The notes under the pieces: generated by a model
Seen by the model: only the letters and a program-made list of their open reading frames with translations
Database searches by the model: none
Told to the model about the DNA's origin: nothing
In this document: positions 16,959 to 27,000 of the stretch, one piece after another
Position numbering within the stretch: the stretch's first letter is position 1
Layout of the letters: every line of letters begins with the position of its first letter
Assembly (NCBI GenBank): GCA_044224715.1
Contig: JBGAJV010000001.1
Span: 38,186-102,185 of the forward strand
DNA from: Anaerolineales bacterium
GTDB lineage: Bacteria > Chloroflexota > Anaerolineae > Anaerolineales > UBA6663
Direction of reading: 5' to 3'
DNA length: 64,000 nt
Position numbers and translations under genes: made by a program

Positions 16959-18962
16959 ATGCCCCAGTCCGTTCACATCCTCGAAAACGTCCGGATCGCG
17001 ATGCGCGACGGCGTGACGCTGTCGGCCACGCTGTGGTTGCCGGGAGACGCGGCGGACGGCACACGTGTGCCGGCCATCCTCGAGTTGATCCCGTATCGAA
17101 AAGACGACTGGCGCTGGATGAGCGACAGGGCGCGGATGCGCTACTTCGCCGAGCACGGCTTCGCCGGTTGCCGCGTCGATGTGCGCGGCACGGGCAGCAG
17201 CGAAGGCATCGCCCTCGACGAATACGCGCGCGACGAGACCCTGGACGGCGTCGAGGTGGTGGGCTGGCTCGCCGCGCAGCCCTGGTGCAACGGCAACGTC
17301 GGCATGTGGGGCATCAGCTACGGCGGTTTCACGTCGATCCAGGTGGCGGCCGAGCGCCCGCCGGCGCTCAAGGCGATCGCGCCCATGTACGCAACCGACG
17401 ACCGCTACACAGACGACGTCCATTACTTCGGCGGTTGTCTGACCGCCAGCGACGTCTCGCAGTACGCCGTCAGCCAGATCGGCATGAACGCCCTGCCCCC
17501 GCGGCCGACCTTCGCCGGGCCCGATTGGGTCAATCGCTGGCGCACGCGTTTGGAGCAGACGCCGCCCTGGCTGTTGCACTGGCTGCGACACCAGACCGAC
17601 GGGCCCTACTACCGTCAGGGATCGTTGGCGCCGGACTACGACCGGATCGCGTGCGCGATCTACAATCTCGGCGGATGGATGGACGGCTACACGAACGCCG
17701 CCTGGCGCATGCATCTGCGCTGCCCGGCGCCGAGCCGGACCCTGATCGGCAACTGGGGCCATCTGTTGCCAGACACGGCCTTCCCGGGGCCAAACGTGGA
17801 TTATCTCGACGAGTTGGTGCGGTTCTTCGGCACGTGGCTGCGCGGCGACGACGTGGGTCTGGACGACGAGCCGGATCTGATCGCCTTTGTGCGCGAGCAC
17901 GCGCCGCCCGAGACCTTTCCGGCGGCGTGGCCAGGCGTCTGGCGCGGCTATCGCCGCGCGGCCCTAAACGCCGCGCCACGCCAGACGTGGTGGCTGGCGG
18001 GCGACGAGCTAAGCACCGACCGACCGGCCGCCGCCACCAAACGCAGCGTCACCCACCAGCCGACCTGGGGCAGCAACGGCCCGCTCGCCTCCGGCGCCGG
18101 CGCATCGCCGAACGGGCTCTGGCGCGACCTGCGCCTCGACGACGCCACGGCGTTGACGTACACGAGCGCCCCGATGGCTTCGCCGCTCGACATCCTCGGC
18201 ATGCCCGCGGTGACGCTCGAGATCCGCAGCGACATGCCGACCGCGCACCTGGTCGCCCGGTTGAGCGCGATCGCGCCGGACGGCACGGCCTGTCTGATCT
18301 CGTGGGGCGCCTTGAACCTGACCCATCGCGACTCGCATGCGGCACCGCGACAACTGGATCCGGCCCAAACCTACAGCGTGACCTTGGCGCTGAAGGCGAC
18401 AGGCTATCGTGTGGCGATCGGCCATCGGCTCCGGCTGACGCTCGCGACCGCGCATTGGCCGCTCATCTGGCCGGCGCCCGACCCGGGGGCCGTGCACGTC
18501 ATCGCCGGTGGCGCGCGCGTCTCACGTGTCGATCTATCACTCGCGCCGGACGAAACGCCGATACACCGACCGCTCAAAGCCACGCCGCCCGAGTTGACCT
18601 GGGAGGGCAGCTACGACGAGCAGGCGCCGGTGTGGACGATGTCCGAGGACGTGCTGACCGGCGCGCATACCGTCACGATCTTCGGCGGAGACCGGCAGAG
18701 TCTGCCGGACGGCACACGGCTGTCGGCATCCGAAGACATCCGCCTGACGGCTCGGCCGACAGACCCGGCGCACACGACCCTGTACAACCAGGTGCTTTAC
18801 GATCTGGACCAGGACGGCCATCACGTGGCCGTGCGCTCGGTTGGCACCATTGAGAGCGATCACGACACCTTGACCGCCGATCTGCACCTCACCGTTGAAC
18901 TGGACGGCGCGCCGTTCTTCAACCAGGCCTGGCGCGAGCGGATTCCACGCAACGGCTGCTGA
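16959..18962 (+). CDS. CocE/NonD-family hydrolase (S15 X-Pro dipeptidyl-peptidase-like)
   Basis: VRIAMRDGVTLSATLWLP...PAILELIPYRK at the N-terminus. Nucleophile elbow GMWGISYGG. Confidence 0.85.
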   Translation: MPQSVHILENVRIAMRDGVTLSATLWLPGDAADGTRVPAILELIPYRKDDWRWMSDRARMRYFAEHGFAGCRVDVRGTGSSEGIALDEYARDETLDGVEVVGWLAAQPWCNGNVGMWGISYGGFTSIQVAAERPPALKAIAPMYATDDRYTDDVHYFGGCLTASDVSQYAVSQIGMNALPPRPTFAGPDWVNRWRTRLEQTPPWLLHWLRHQTDGPYYRQGSLAPDYDRIACAIYNLGGWMDGYTNAAWRMHLRCPAPSRTLIGNWGHLLPDTAFPGPNVDYLDELVRFFGTWLRGDDVGLDDEPDLIAFVREHAPPETFPAAWPGVWRGYRRAALNAAPRQTWWLAGDELSTDRPAAATKRSVTHQPTWGSNGPLASGAGASPNGLWRDLRLDDATALTYTSAPMASPLDILGMPAVTLEIRSDMPTAHLVARLSAIAPDGTACLISWGALNLTHRDSHAAPRQLDPAQTYSVTLALKATGYRVAIGHRLRLTLATAHWPLIWPAPDPGAVHVIAGGARVSRVDLSLAPDETPIHRPLKATPPELTWEGSYDEQAPVWTMSEDVLTGAHTVTIFGGDRQSLPDGTRLSASEDIRLTARPTDPAHTTLYNQVLYDLDQDGHHVAVRSVGTIESDHDTLTADLHLTVELDGAPFFNQAWRERIPRNGC

Positions 18963-18986
18963 GCGGCGGTTGACCGGGATGAAACA

Positions 18987-19030
18987 GAACGGGCCCGAAC
19001 CGCGCGTATACGCGCGGTTCAGGCCCGTTC
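18987..19030. terminator. 44-nt near-perfect palindrome between convergent genes (likely bidirectional terminator hairpin)
   Basis: GAACGGGCCCGAACCGCGCGTA|TACGCGCGGTTCAGGCCCGTTC: 22-nt arms with one mismatch and no clear U-tract. Confidence 0.55.
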
Positions 19031-19052
19031 GTCGTGCCTGGGTGGCTGCGAC

Positions 19053-19364
19053 TTATTCCACCAGTGGCGCCTCGGCGTTGGCGTTCATGCGCTGCCAGAC
19101 GATGATGCCGGCGGCGACGCCGACCGCGCCGATGATGATCCACGGCAGCGCGGAGCCGCGCCGGCGCGGCGCCTCGGCCAGGGCTTCATCCGAAGCCTCG
19201 ATGGCGACGACATCGGCCGCCGCCTCGACCGGCCGGCGCGCGCGAACCAGGCGCCGCGCGATGCCGCGGCGGCCCTTGCGCTTGGGCTCTTCGCGCCCGA
19301 TATAGCGGTAGATCAACGCCCGGATCAGGTCGAGGCCTTCGTCGATCAGGAGATCGAATAGCAT
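19053..19364 (-). CDS. Small hypothetical protein (103 aa) with basic middle region and C-terminal TM helix
   Basis: GAGGAGG SD upstream of ATG 19364. C-terminal hydrophobic segment LPWIIIGAVGVAAGIIVW. No family recognised. Confidence 0.55.
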   Translation of the reverse strand: MLFDLLIDEGLDLIRALIYRYIGREEPKRKGRRGIARRLVRARRPVEAAADVVAIEASDEALAEAPRRRGSALPWIIIGAVGVAAGIIVWQRMNANAEAPLVE

Positions 19365-19388
19365 GGTGATTCCTCCTCGTGACTGAAG

Positions 19389-20468
19389 TTATTGTACCTT
19401 GAGGGGCTTGAAACCCCGACCGAGGATCTCGTTGACCGGGACCATGACCACGAAGGCGTTGGGGTCCTCGACCTCGACCAACGTCTTGAGCATGGCCGTC
19501 TCGGTGACGGTCAACGCCACGAACAGCACGTCACGGTCGGTCTGGGTGTACATGCCCTCGCCGTGGAGGGCCGTCACGCCCCGGCGCATGTCCTTCATGA
19601 TCCGCGCGGCGACGTCCTTCGGCCGGCCGGTCACCAGAAAGGCCAGCACCTGCTGCCGCCGCCGGGCCTGGAAGGCGCGCGGACGCCCGCCGGTCGAGCG
19701 GTCGGCCGAGGCGCCGAACTTCGGCAGGACCTCGCCCGACGCATGGGTCAACCGGGCCGTCGCGAGGCCGATCGCGAACAACACGCCGTTGTAGACCAGC
19801 CCGATGGCGAGGACCACCTCGCCGCGGATCCCGCCGACGGCGGCGCGGGCGACGAACTCGTCCCACACCTGAACCGTGGGTGGCTGCAGATAGATCTCGG
19901 CCACCCAGGCGATCGCCAGCACCACGAATAGCCACTGGTAATTACGGCGGAACCGGCGACCGAACGCCTCCCACATGCTGATCGGGAACTGCGGCTCGAG
20001 CAACGATTCGGCCAAACTTTCGGCCCATTCGGGGTGCGGCCGAAACGGCGGCACCAGCATCGCGGCGAAGAAATCGGTCTCCATCAACCGCGCGCGATAG
20101 CTCCACAACTCGTAGTAGCGGTAGCGCCGCGCCTCGATCCAGGCGAAGAACGTCACAAGGCAGGTCGCCAGGATGATCACGCCGTGGTGGTTCGTGGAAC
20201 TGCCGAAGGCGAAGGCCAGCGCCGCCCCGGTGGTGAGCACCGCCCAGTTCGTCGTCGTGTCGAGCCGTTGCCGCCAGACGTTGCTGCGCTCGATCTCGGC
20301 CTGATAGTAGGCCGTGAGCGCGCTTGTGAACTCCGAAGGGCGCAGGCTGTAGCCGCGAAAAGACCAGACGTGTTCGCCCGGAAGGGGATCTGGGCCTTCC
20401 ACGGGGTTCGATCCGGCGGGCGGCGTCTCGGCGTCGGTGGACATGGCTGTGTTAAGATATCTCTTCAT
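19389..20468 (-). CDS. Membrane protein fusing a DUF2270-like domain to a C-terminal DUF2179 (YitT C-terminal) domain
   Basis: YYQAEIERSNVWRQRLDTTTNWAV...WIEARRYRYYELW matches what I know as DUF2270. The C-terminal GVTALHGEGMYTQTDRDVLFVALTVTETAMLKTLVEVEDPNAFVVMVPVNEILGRGF matches DUF2179. The start could instead be ATG 20444. Confidence 0.7.
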   Translation of the reverse strand: MKRYLNTAMSTDAETPPAGSNPVEGPDPLPGEHVWSFRGYSLRPSEFTSALTAYYQAEIERSNVWRQRLDTTTNWAVLTTGAALAFAFGSSTNHHGVIILATCLVTFFAWIEARRYRYYELWSYRARLMETDFFAAMLVPPFRPHPEWAESLAESLLEPQFPISMWEAFGRRFRRNYQWLFVVLAIAWVAEIYLQPPTVQVWDEFVARAAVGGIRGEVVLAIGLVYNGVLFAIGLATARLTHASGEVLPKFGASADRSTGGRPRAFQARRRQQVLAFLVTGRPKDVAARIMKDMRRGVTALHGEGMYTQTDRDVLFVALTVTETAMLKTLVEVEDPNAFVVMVPVNEILGRGFKPLKVQ

Positions 20469-20536
20469 CTGCAGGCCGCGTCAAATCGTTGTCGGGCCTG
20501 CGGCTTCATTATACGTTGACCAGACAGGAGTCGGTT

Positions 20537-22618
20537 GTGACCGCGATGACGCCACCGCGAGCGAGCGCCCGCCCCCACACGATCACGCAGCATGGCAAGA
20601 CCCGGACCGACGAGTACCATTGGCTCCGCGAACGCGACAACCCCGACGTCCTGGCTTATCTTCAAGCCGAGAACGCCTATACGGCCGCCCAACTCGCCGG
20701 GACGCACGACCTCCAGACGCGGCTGGTCGCCGAGATGCGCGGACGCATCCGCGAGGAAGACGAAAGTGTCCCAGAACGCCACGGCGCGCACGAGTATTTC
20801 ACCCGCACCGAGACCGGCCAACAATACGCGGCGTTGTACCGACGGCCCAGCGGCGACCCGGCGACCCCGGCGCAGTGCCTGCTCGATCTCAATGTCCTGT
20901 CCCAGGGCCAGACGTTCTGCAAACTCGGCGGCTGGCGGGTCAGTGACGACGGCCGCTGGTTTGCGTACTTGATCGATTTCGCGGGCAATGAAGCCTTCTC
21001 GCTGGTCATCGTCGACCTCGAGACCGGCATCGCCCTGCCCGAGCGGATCGAGCGCGTCTACTATGGGTTAGATTGGGCCGCCGACAATGCCACGCTCTTC
21101 TACACCGTCATCGACGACGCCCATCGGCCGTGCCGCACTTACCGGCACCGACGGGGCACCGATCCGCGCGAGGACGTGATCGTGCACGACGAGCCGGATC
21201 CGATGTTCTTCGTCTACGCGCGTCGAACGCGCAGCCGCGACTACCTCACCATCGTGAGTTACAGCGGAACGACCGGTGAAGTGCGTCTCCTGCCGGCCGA
21301 CCATCCGGAGGCCGAGCCCACCGTCATCGCGCCGCGACGGCATGGCGTCGAAGTGTCCTTCGAGCACCAGGGCGATCGCTTTCTATTGGTGACGAACGAC
21401 CAGGCCCAAAACTTCCGGCTGTTGACGGCGCCGGCGACCCTCAGCGGCGCGCCCGAGTGGCGCGAGTTGATCCCTGGTCGACCGGACGTCATGCTCGAGA
21501 GCGTCGACGGCTTCCGGAATCACCTCATCATCCAGCAGCGCAGCCGTGGTCTGCGCGAGATCCTGCTGCACGACGTACGCACCGGGCGCGAACACGCCGT
21601 GGCCTTCCCGGACGCCGCGTATAGCGTCCATGTCGACGAAAACCCGGAGTACGATGCCGGCTCGGTGCGGATCGTCTACAGCTCGCTCGCACGCCCGGAG
21701 ACGGTTGCCGACATCGATCTGGCGACGGGCATGTGGACGGTGCGCAAGGTCGACCAGTTCCCGAGTGGACACAACGCCGACGATTACGTGGTCGAACGGC
21801 TCGAGGCCGTCGCGCGCGACGGCGCCCGCGTGCCGATCTCGGTCATCTACCGGCGCGGCGCGCTCAGACCCGGCGGCCTGCCGACTCTGATCACCGGGTA
21901 TGGCGCTTACGGGTCGAACCACGAGCCCGGGATGATGAAGAACTGGTTGAGCCTGGTCGATCGCGGCATGCTCTGCGCCGTGGCGCACATCCGCGGCGGG
22001 TCAGACCTCGGCCGCGCCTGGTACGAAAAGGGCAAACTGCGCTACAAGCGCAACACGTTCGACGACTTTATCGCCTGCGCCGAGCACCTCGTCGCCAGTG
22101 GGATCGCGGATCGGCAGCGGCTTGCCGCGCTGGGCGTGAGCGCCGGCGGTCTGCTGATGGGCGCCGTGCTGGTTCAGCGGCCGGATTTGTGGCGAACGGT
22201 GATCGCCAAGGTGCCCTTCGTCGACGTGGTCAGCACCATGAGCGACCCGAGCATCCCGCTGACCGCCATCGAGTGGGAGCAATGGGGCAACCCGATCGAC
22301 AGCGCCGATGACTTCGCCTATATGTTGTCGTACTCGCCGTACGACAACCTCAAGCCGGGAGCGTATCCAAACCTCCTGCTGACGGCCGGCCTGAACGACC
22401 CGCGTGTTCAGTACTGGGAGCCGGCGAAGTTCTGCGCGCGATTGCGCGTGCTGAAGACCGACAACAACCGCTTGCTCCTGCGCACGAACCTGGCGGCCGG
22501 TCACGCCGGCGCATCAGGCCGGTTCGACTATCTGCGCGAGATCGCGACCGAGTGGGCCTTCGTCCTCGACACGCTCGGCCTGGGCGACGCGCCGCCGCGA
22601 CCTCTGACGCAGGCGTGA
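20537..22618 (+). CDS. ptrB: Oligopeptidase B (protease II), S9A prolyl oligopeptidase family
   Basis: GTG 20537 is preceded by AGGAG at a 6-nt spacing. HGKTRTDEYHWLRERDNPDVLAYLQAENAYT, nucleophile GVSAGGLLMG, and C-terminal GHAGASGRF. Confidence 0.9.
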   Translation: MTAMTPPRASARPHTITQHGKTRTDEYHWLRERDNPDVLAYLQAENAYTAAQLAGTHDLQTRLVAEMRGRIREEDESVPERHGAHEYFTRTETGQQYAALYRRPSGDPATPAQCLLDLNVLSQGQTFCKLGGWRVSDDGRWFAYLIDFAGNEAFSLVIVDLETGIALPERIERVYYGLDWAADNATLFYTVIDDAHRPCRTYRHRRGTDPREDVIVHDEPDPMFFVYARRTRSRDYLTIVSYSGTTGEVRLLPADHPEAEPTVIAPRRHGVEVSFEHQGDRFLLVTNDQAQNFRLLTAPATLSGAPEWRELIPGRPDVMLESVDGFRNHLIIQQRSRGLREILLHDVRTGREHAVAFPDAAYSVHVDENPEYDAGSVRIVYSSLARPETVADIDLATGMWTVRKVDQFPSGHNADDYVVERLEAVARDGARVPISVIYRRGALRPGGLPTLITGYGAYGSNHEPGMMKNWLSLVDRGMLCAVAHIRGGSDLGRAWYEKGKLRYKRNTFDDFIACAEHLVASGIADRQRLAALGVSAGGLLMGAVLVQRPDLWRTVIAKVPFVDVVSTMSDPSIPLTAIEWEQWGNPIDSADDFAYMLSYSPYDNLKPGAYPNLLLTAGLNDPRVQYWEPAKFCARLRVLKTDNNRLLLRTNLAAGHAGASGRFDYLREIATEWAFVLDTLGLGDAPPRPLTQA

Positions 22619-22648
22619 TCCGTTAGGCAACCGCGAGAGGCTCCGCCG

Positions 22649-23980
22649 ATGCCCGCTGCCGTGAGACTGCCCTGGCGTCCGCTCGACCTGCTCGACGCCG
22701 AACAGGTCGAGCAGATCCACGCAGCGTCGTTGGCGATCCTCGAACGCACCGGGGTCGAGTTTCAGGACGACGAGACGCTGGCGTTGTGGCGCGCCGCAGG
22801 TGCCGAGGTCGATCAGACGACACAGCGGGTGCGCCTGGCGCCCGAGTTGGTGCTCCGGCTCGTTGCGCTGGCCCCTCGTACGTTTACGTGGCGGGCACGC
22901 AATCCCGCGCATGACGTTGACTTTGGGCTCGGGCTGGCGGCGTTTGGGCCGTGCGGGGGCATGGCGTACGTGCTCGACGCCCGACGCGGACGCCGTTCCG
23001 GCACGCTGGCCGATTACGCCGATCTCGTGCGGGTGGCCCAGGCCTCGCCGGCGCTGCACTTCGCCGCCTGGGAACAGGTAGCCGCGCTTGACGTTCCACC
23101 GTCGGTCCGCCATCTTCAGCGCCTGTTGGCGGCCATTCGGCTCTCCGACAAACCGTTGATGGAAAGCGCCCACGGGCGTGTGATCACGGCCGATTGCCTG
23201 GCGATGTGCCGACTTGTGTTCGGGCCGCTGGAGGACCAGCCGCCCGTGATCGGCGACGTCATCAACGTCAGCAGCCCGTTGCGGTTCGATGCCCGCATGC
23301 TGGGCGGCCTGCTCACTTATGCGCGCGCGGGCCAGGTGACGTACATCACGCCCTTCATCCTGGCCGGAGCGATGTCGCCGATCTCGATGGCGGCGGCCCT
23401 GGCGCAGCAGAACGCGGAGGCGTTGGCCGGTGTCGCGCTGACGCAACTGGCGCGACCAGGAGCGCCCGTGATGATGGGCGGCTTTACGTCCAACCTCGAT
23501 CTTCGCTCGGGGACGCCTGCCCTGGGAACACCCGAAGGCGCCTGGGCCATCCTGGCCGGCGCCCAGCTCGCCCGTCGATATGGCCTGCCGTTTCGCGGGA
23601 ACGGCGGACTGACAAGCAGCAAGAGCCTCGATGCCCAGGCCGCTCTAGAGACCCACTGGGCGCTATGGCCCAGCCTGCTTGGCCACGCCGCCCTCAACAT
23701 GCACGCCGCCGGTTGGGTCGATGGTGGGCTAACCGTCTCACTCGAGAAGTACGCGTTCGACCTGGCTCAGCTCGAGGACCTGTTTGCGGAGCTGACGGGT
23801 ATGGGGACCGGTCTTGCCGCGGCTCCCGTGTCGCGGTCGGCGGATTGGGCCCTGCGCGACTGGGATCGGCGCCTCGAGGCCTATACGCCGCCGCCGCTCG
23901 ACCCCGCGCTATCCGAAGCCCTTGACGATTACGTCGCCCGTCGTTCGATCGAGCTCGCCGACGTCAACCTCTACGTCTAG
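22649..23980 (+). CDS. MttB-superfamily methyltransferase, non-pyrrolysine type (quaternary-amine:corrinoid methyltransferase-like)
   Basis: N-terminal LLDAEQVEQIHAASLAILERTGVEFQDDETLALWRAAGAEVD is the family signature as I know it. No in-frame TAG inside the gene. No corrinoid-protein gene is adjacent. Confidence 0.75.
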   Translation: MPAAVRLPWRPLDLLDAEQVEQIHAASLAILERTGVEFQDDETLALWRAAGAEVDQTTQRVRLAPELVLRLVALAPRTFTWRARNPAHDVDFGLGLAAFGPCGGMAYVLDARRGRRSGTLADYADLVRVAQASPALHFAAWEQVAALDVPPSVRHLQRLLAAIRLSDKPLMESAHGRVITADCLAMCRLVFGPLEDQPPVIGDVINVSSPLRFDARMLGGLLTYARAGQVTYITPFILAGAMSPISMAAALAQQNAEALAGVALTQLARPGAPVMMGGFTSNLDLRSGTPALGTPEGAWAILAGAQLARRYGLPFRGNGGLTSSKSLDAQAALETHWALWPSLLGHAALNMHAAGWVDGGLTVSLEKYAFDLAQLEDLFAELTGMGTGLAAAPVSRSADWALRDWDRRLEAYTPPPLDPALSEALDDYVARRSIELADVNLYV

Positions 23981-24092
23981 CCGACGCGCCGTAAAGCCGA
24001 CGTGAAGAACTCGGCTGTTTTCAGCGTTTTTTACTGCCCAGCGCCTGTCTCAACTCCTATACTTCTCTCGATATGCCTGCACTTTCAGGCCG

Positions 24093-27000
24093 TTGTCGAA
24101 AGGCGCACAGTCCACGATGACCGTCTCATCGCGCCCTGCCCAATCCGATCGCACCCGGTTCGTCGAGGTGCTCACGACGCACGAACCTGTGGCGTCCGAC
24201 GGCCCGACGCGCCCCGAGGTCTCGGCCGACAGCGAAGCGGCCCGCCGTGTGCTCGAACGCATGCGCGACTTCGTGTTCGAATTCGACGATCAACAGCGAC
24301 TCGTCTGGATGAACGGCGCGGCCCGTTGCGCCGTCGGCTTCGAGCCAGATGCGCCGCTCGGCCAGAATCTCCTCGCGCTAATTCATCCCGACGACATCGG
24401 CCGCGCCCAACAGGTGATCGACGACGCCACCCGCACCGGCGAGGTCGACGGGCCGGCGACTCTGCGCCTCGCCTGCATTGGCAACGGCTACCGTTGGATC
24501 GAAGCGAATGCCACGCTCCAGCGCGGCCCCGAGGGGTCGATCATCGGCGCGCTCGTGATCGCGCGCGACATCGAGGATCGACAGCAGCAGGCAAGACAGC
24601 TCCAGCAGCACATGATCGAAACGCAGGCCCTGAACCGCCTGCTGACCGGCGCGTCGGCCCTCAGCACGCCGCCTGCCATCCTGCAGTTGATTTGCGACGT
24701 CATCGGAACCGCGATCCCCGATGCGACCCTGCTCGGGGCGCTGACAGACGTCGAGCGACTGGTCAACACGGTGGTGGCCGTCCACGATCCCGAAACGGGT
24801 AGCGAGCGAACGAGCCCGCTCGCGCGCCAGTTGTCCGTGAGCCTATTGATGGCCGAATGCGGCCCGCGCCTGATGGCCGGCGAAACCGTGACGGTCAGCG
24901 TTGACCTGGCGCAACGGATCTTCGCGCAGCTTTGGGCGGAACCGCCGGCCGATATCACCGGTTCCACCATCCTGTGCACGCCGATCATGGGACCACTGGC
25001 GCCGCACGCCATGTTGCTGTTGACGGTGCCTGGGCAGCGGGAGCTCCAGGACCGCGAAATCGATCTGACCACGGGTCTGGGCCGGGCCGTAAGCCCGATA
25101 CTCGAGCGCGCGCTCGTGCACCGCGAGGCGGCCTGGAGCGAGGAACGTTATCGGGCCCTGACGGCCATGGTCTCGGACATCGCGTTCGAGATGCGGTTGT
25201 TCGAGGGCAAGCCGCACATGATCTGGTGGGCGGGCCCCGTCCAACAGATGATGGGCGCGAGCCCGCAAGAGATCTGCGATCTTCAGACCTGGCTCGCGCG
25301 TTCGCACCCGGACGATCACCCGATCGTCCGCGCGATCGCGCCGCGTGTGGCGCAGGGCCAGACCTTCGATTTCGAGGCCAGGATCCGCAACGCGCAGGAG
25401 CAATTGCGCTGGGTCAGGATCTGGATCCGACCGAGCAAGTCGACGACCGGCGAAGTCGTCGGCTTCTATGGTCTCGCCCGCGACATCACGGAACGACAGG
25501 AGCAATCGCAGCAGGTTCAGGATCTGCTGACCGAGACCCAGGCGCTCAATCGCGTGCTCGAGCAGGCCGGCGCGCAACGCGATCCGGACAAGATCCTGGA
25601 CATCGCCTGTCAGGAGCTCAAGGGCCTGGTCGGCGCCGCCACCGTGGCGGGCGCCCTGATCGATTTGGACACGGGCACGGCGCGCGTGGTCACCGAACAC
25701 CGCGACCCCGGTGGGCCGACGCTGCTGGGCATGGAACGCCCGATCGATCGACCCGACTCGTGGCCCTTTGTGAGCACGCCGGAGACGAACGCCGTCCATC
25801 TGGACCCCATCGAGATGGCGCCCTGGCCCGAGCTTGCGCCCGACGGCGCGGCGTTGTTGCGCCAGGCGATGGCGCCGCTGGTCGGGCGCTACGGCCAGAT
25901 CGGCGCGATCCTGATGCTCGACTATCGCCAGGATCCGTTCGCCCCAACGACCCTCGAACGCGCCGATCGTTTTGCCCACGCTGTCGCGCCGCACATCGAG
26001 AACGCGCGGCTGCAGATCGAAATCGAGACAAGCCGACGTCGGTATCGCATGCTGTCCGAGATGGCATCCGACCTGGCCTTCGAACTTCAATCCATCAACG
26101 GCACACCGCAGGTGGTGTGGAGCAACGGGCCGTGGTCGTTGCTGTTGGGAACAAACGACCCGGAATCGCTGACCGACCTCAATGGCCTGATGAGCAATTG
26201 CCATCCGGACGAGCGCGCGTTTTTAGCCGAGATCGACCCGACGTTGCGCCGATCCGGACGATGGCAAGGTGAGTTCCGCGTCGCGGCCGGCGACGACACG
26301 TGGCGCTGGGTCAGCGCCCAGGTGCAGGCGTTCCAAGATCCCGAGTGTCCAAAGATTCACGGCATCCGCATGGTCGTGCACGACATCGACTCGCGTCGCC
26401 GCCAGGAACGCGCCCTCGCCGATGCCCACGCGGCCACCCAGGCGCTCCTCTCCACGATCCCGGATTCGATCCTGCACATTCGCCGTGACGGCACCTTCGG
26501 TCCGGGATGTGTGCTCGACCCCGAAACCGAGGCGTTGATCGGAGTCTCGGCTGACGAACTGACCGGCAAATCGTTGCGCCGCTACGTCGGCGGCAACGCA
26601 CAGTCATTCCGTGAACTGCTGCGTTTCGCGGTCAACGTCCTTCGGACAGGGCGTTCCGAGAGCATCGATTTCCTCCTTCACGGCCAGGACTATGAGGGGC
26701 GGGCCGCGCGCAGTGGCCCCGACGAACTCGTCGCTGTCATCCGCAACGTGTCGGGGCGCAAGCGCCGTGAGCGCGCGCTCGTCGAAAGCGAGAACCGCAA
26801 TCGCGCGCTGATCGAGGCAATCCCGGACGCGATCTTCCGCATGTCCGCCGACGGGCATTTGCTCGACTTCAAACCAGACATCAACAGCCGCTACGGGCAG
26901 CAGATTCAGCCGCACATCGGCCAGCATGTCAGCAGCGACGTCGGCATGCCCCTGGAGACGCAGGGGCGGCTTCTCATGGCGATCCGCGCGGCATTGGCGA

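Noticed and set aside
23978-23980. TAG stop of the MttB-family gene as a possible pyrrolysine codon (the downstream frame stays open for ~270 codons)
   Set aside because: Pyl in MttB lies mid-protein. Here the TAG follows a normal family C-terminus (…LDDYVARRSIELADVNLYV). The downstream open frame is the Arg/Pro-rich off-frame shadow of the histidine-kinase gene, and no pyl genes are present.
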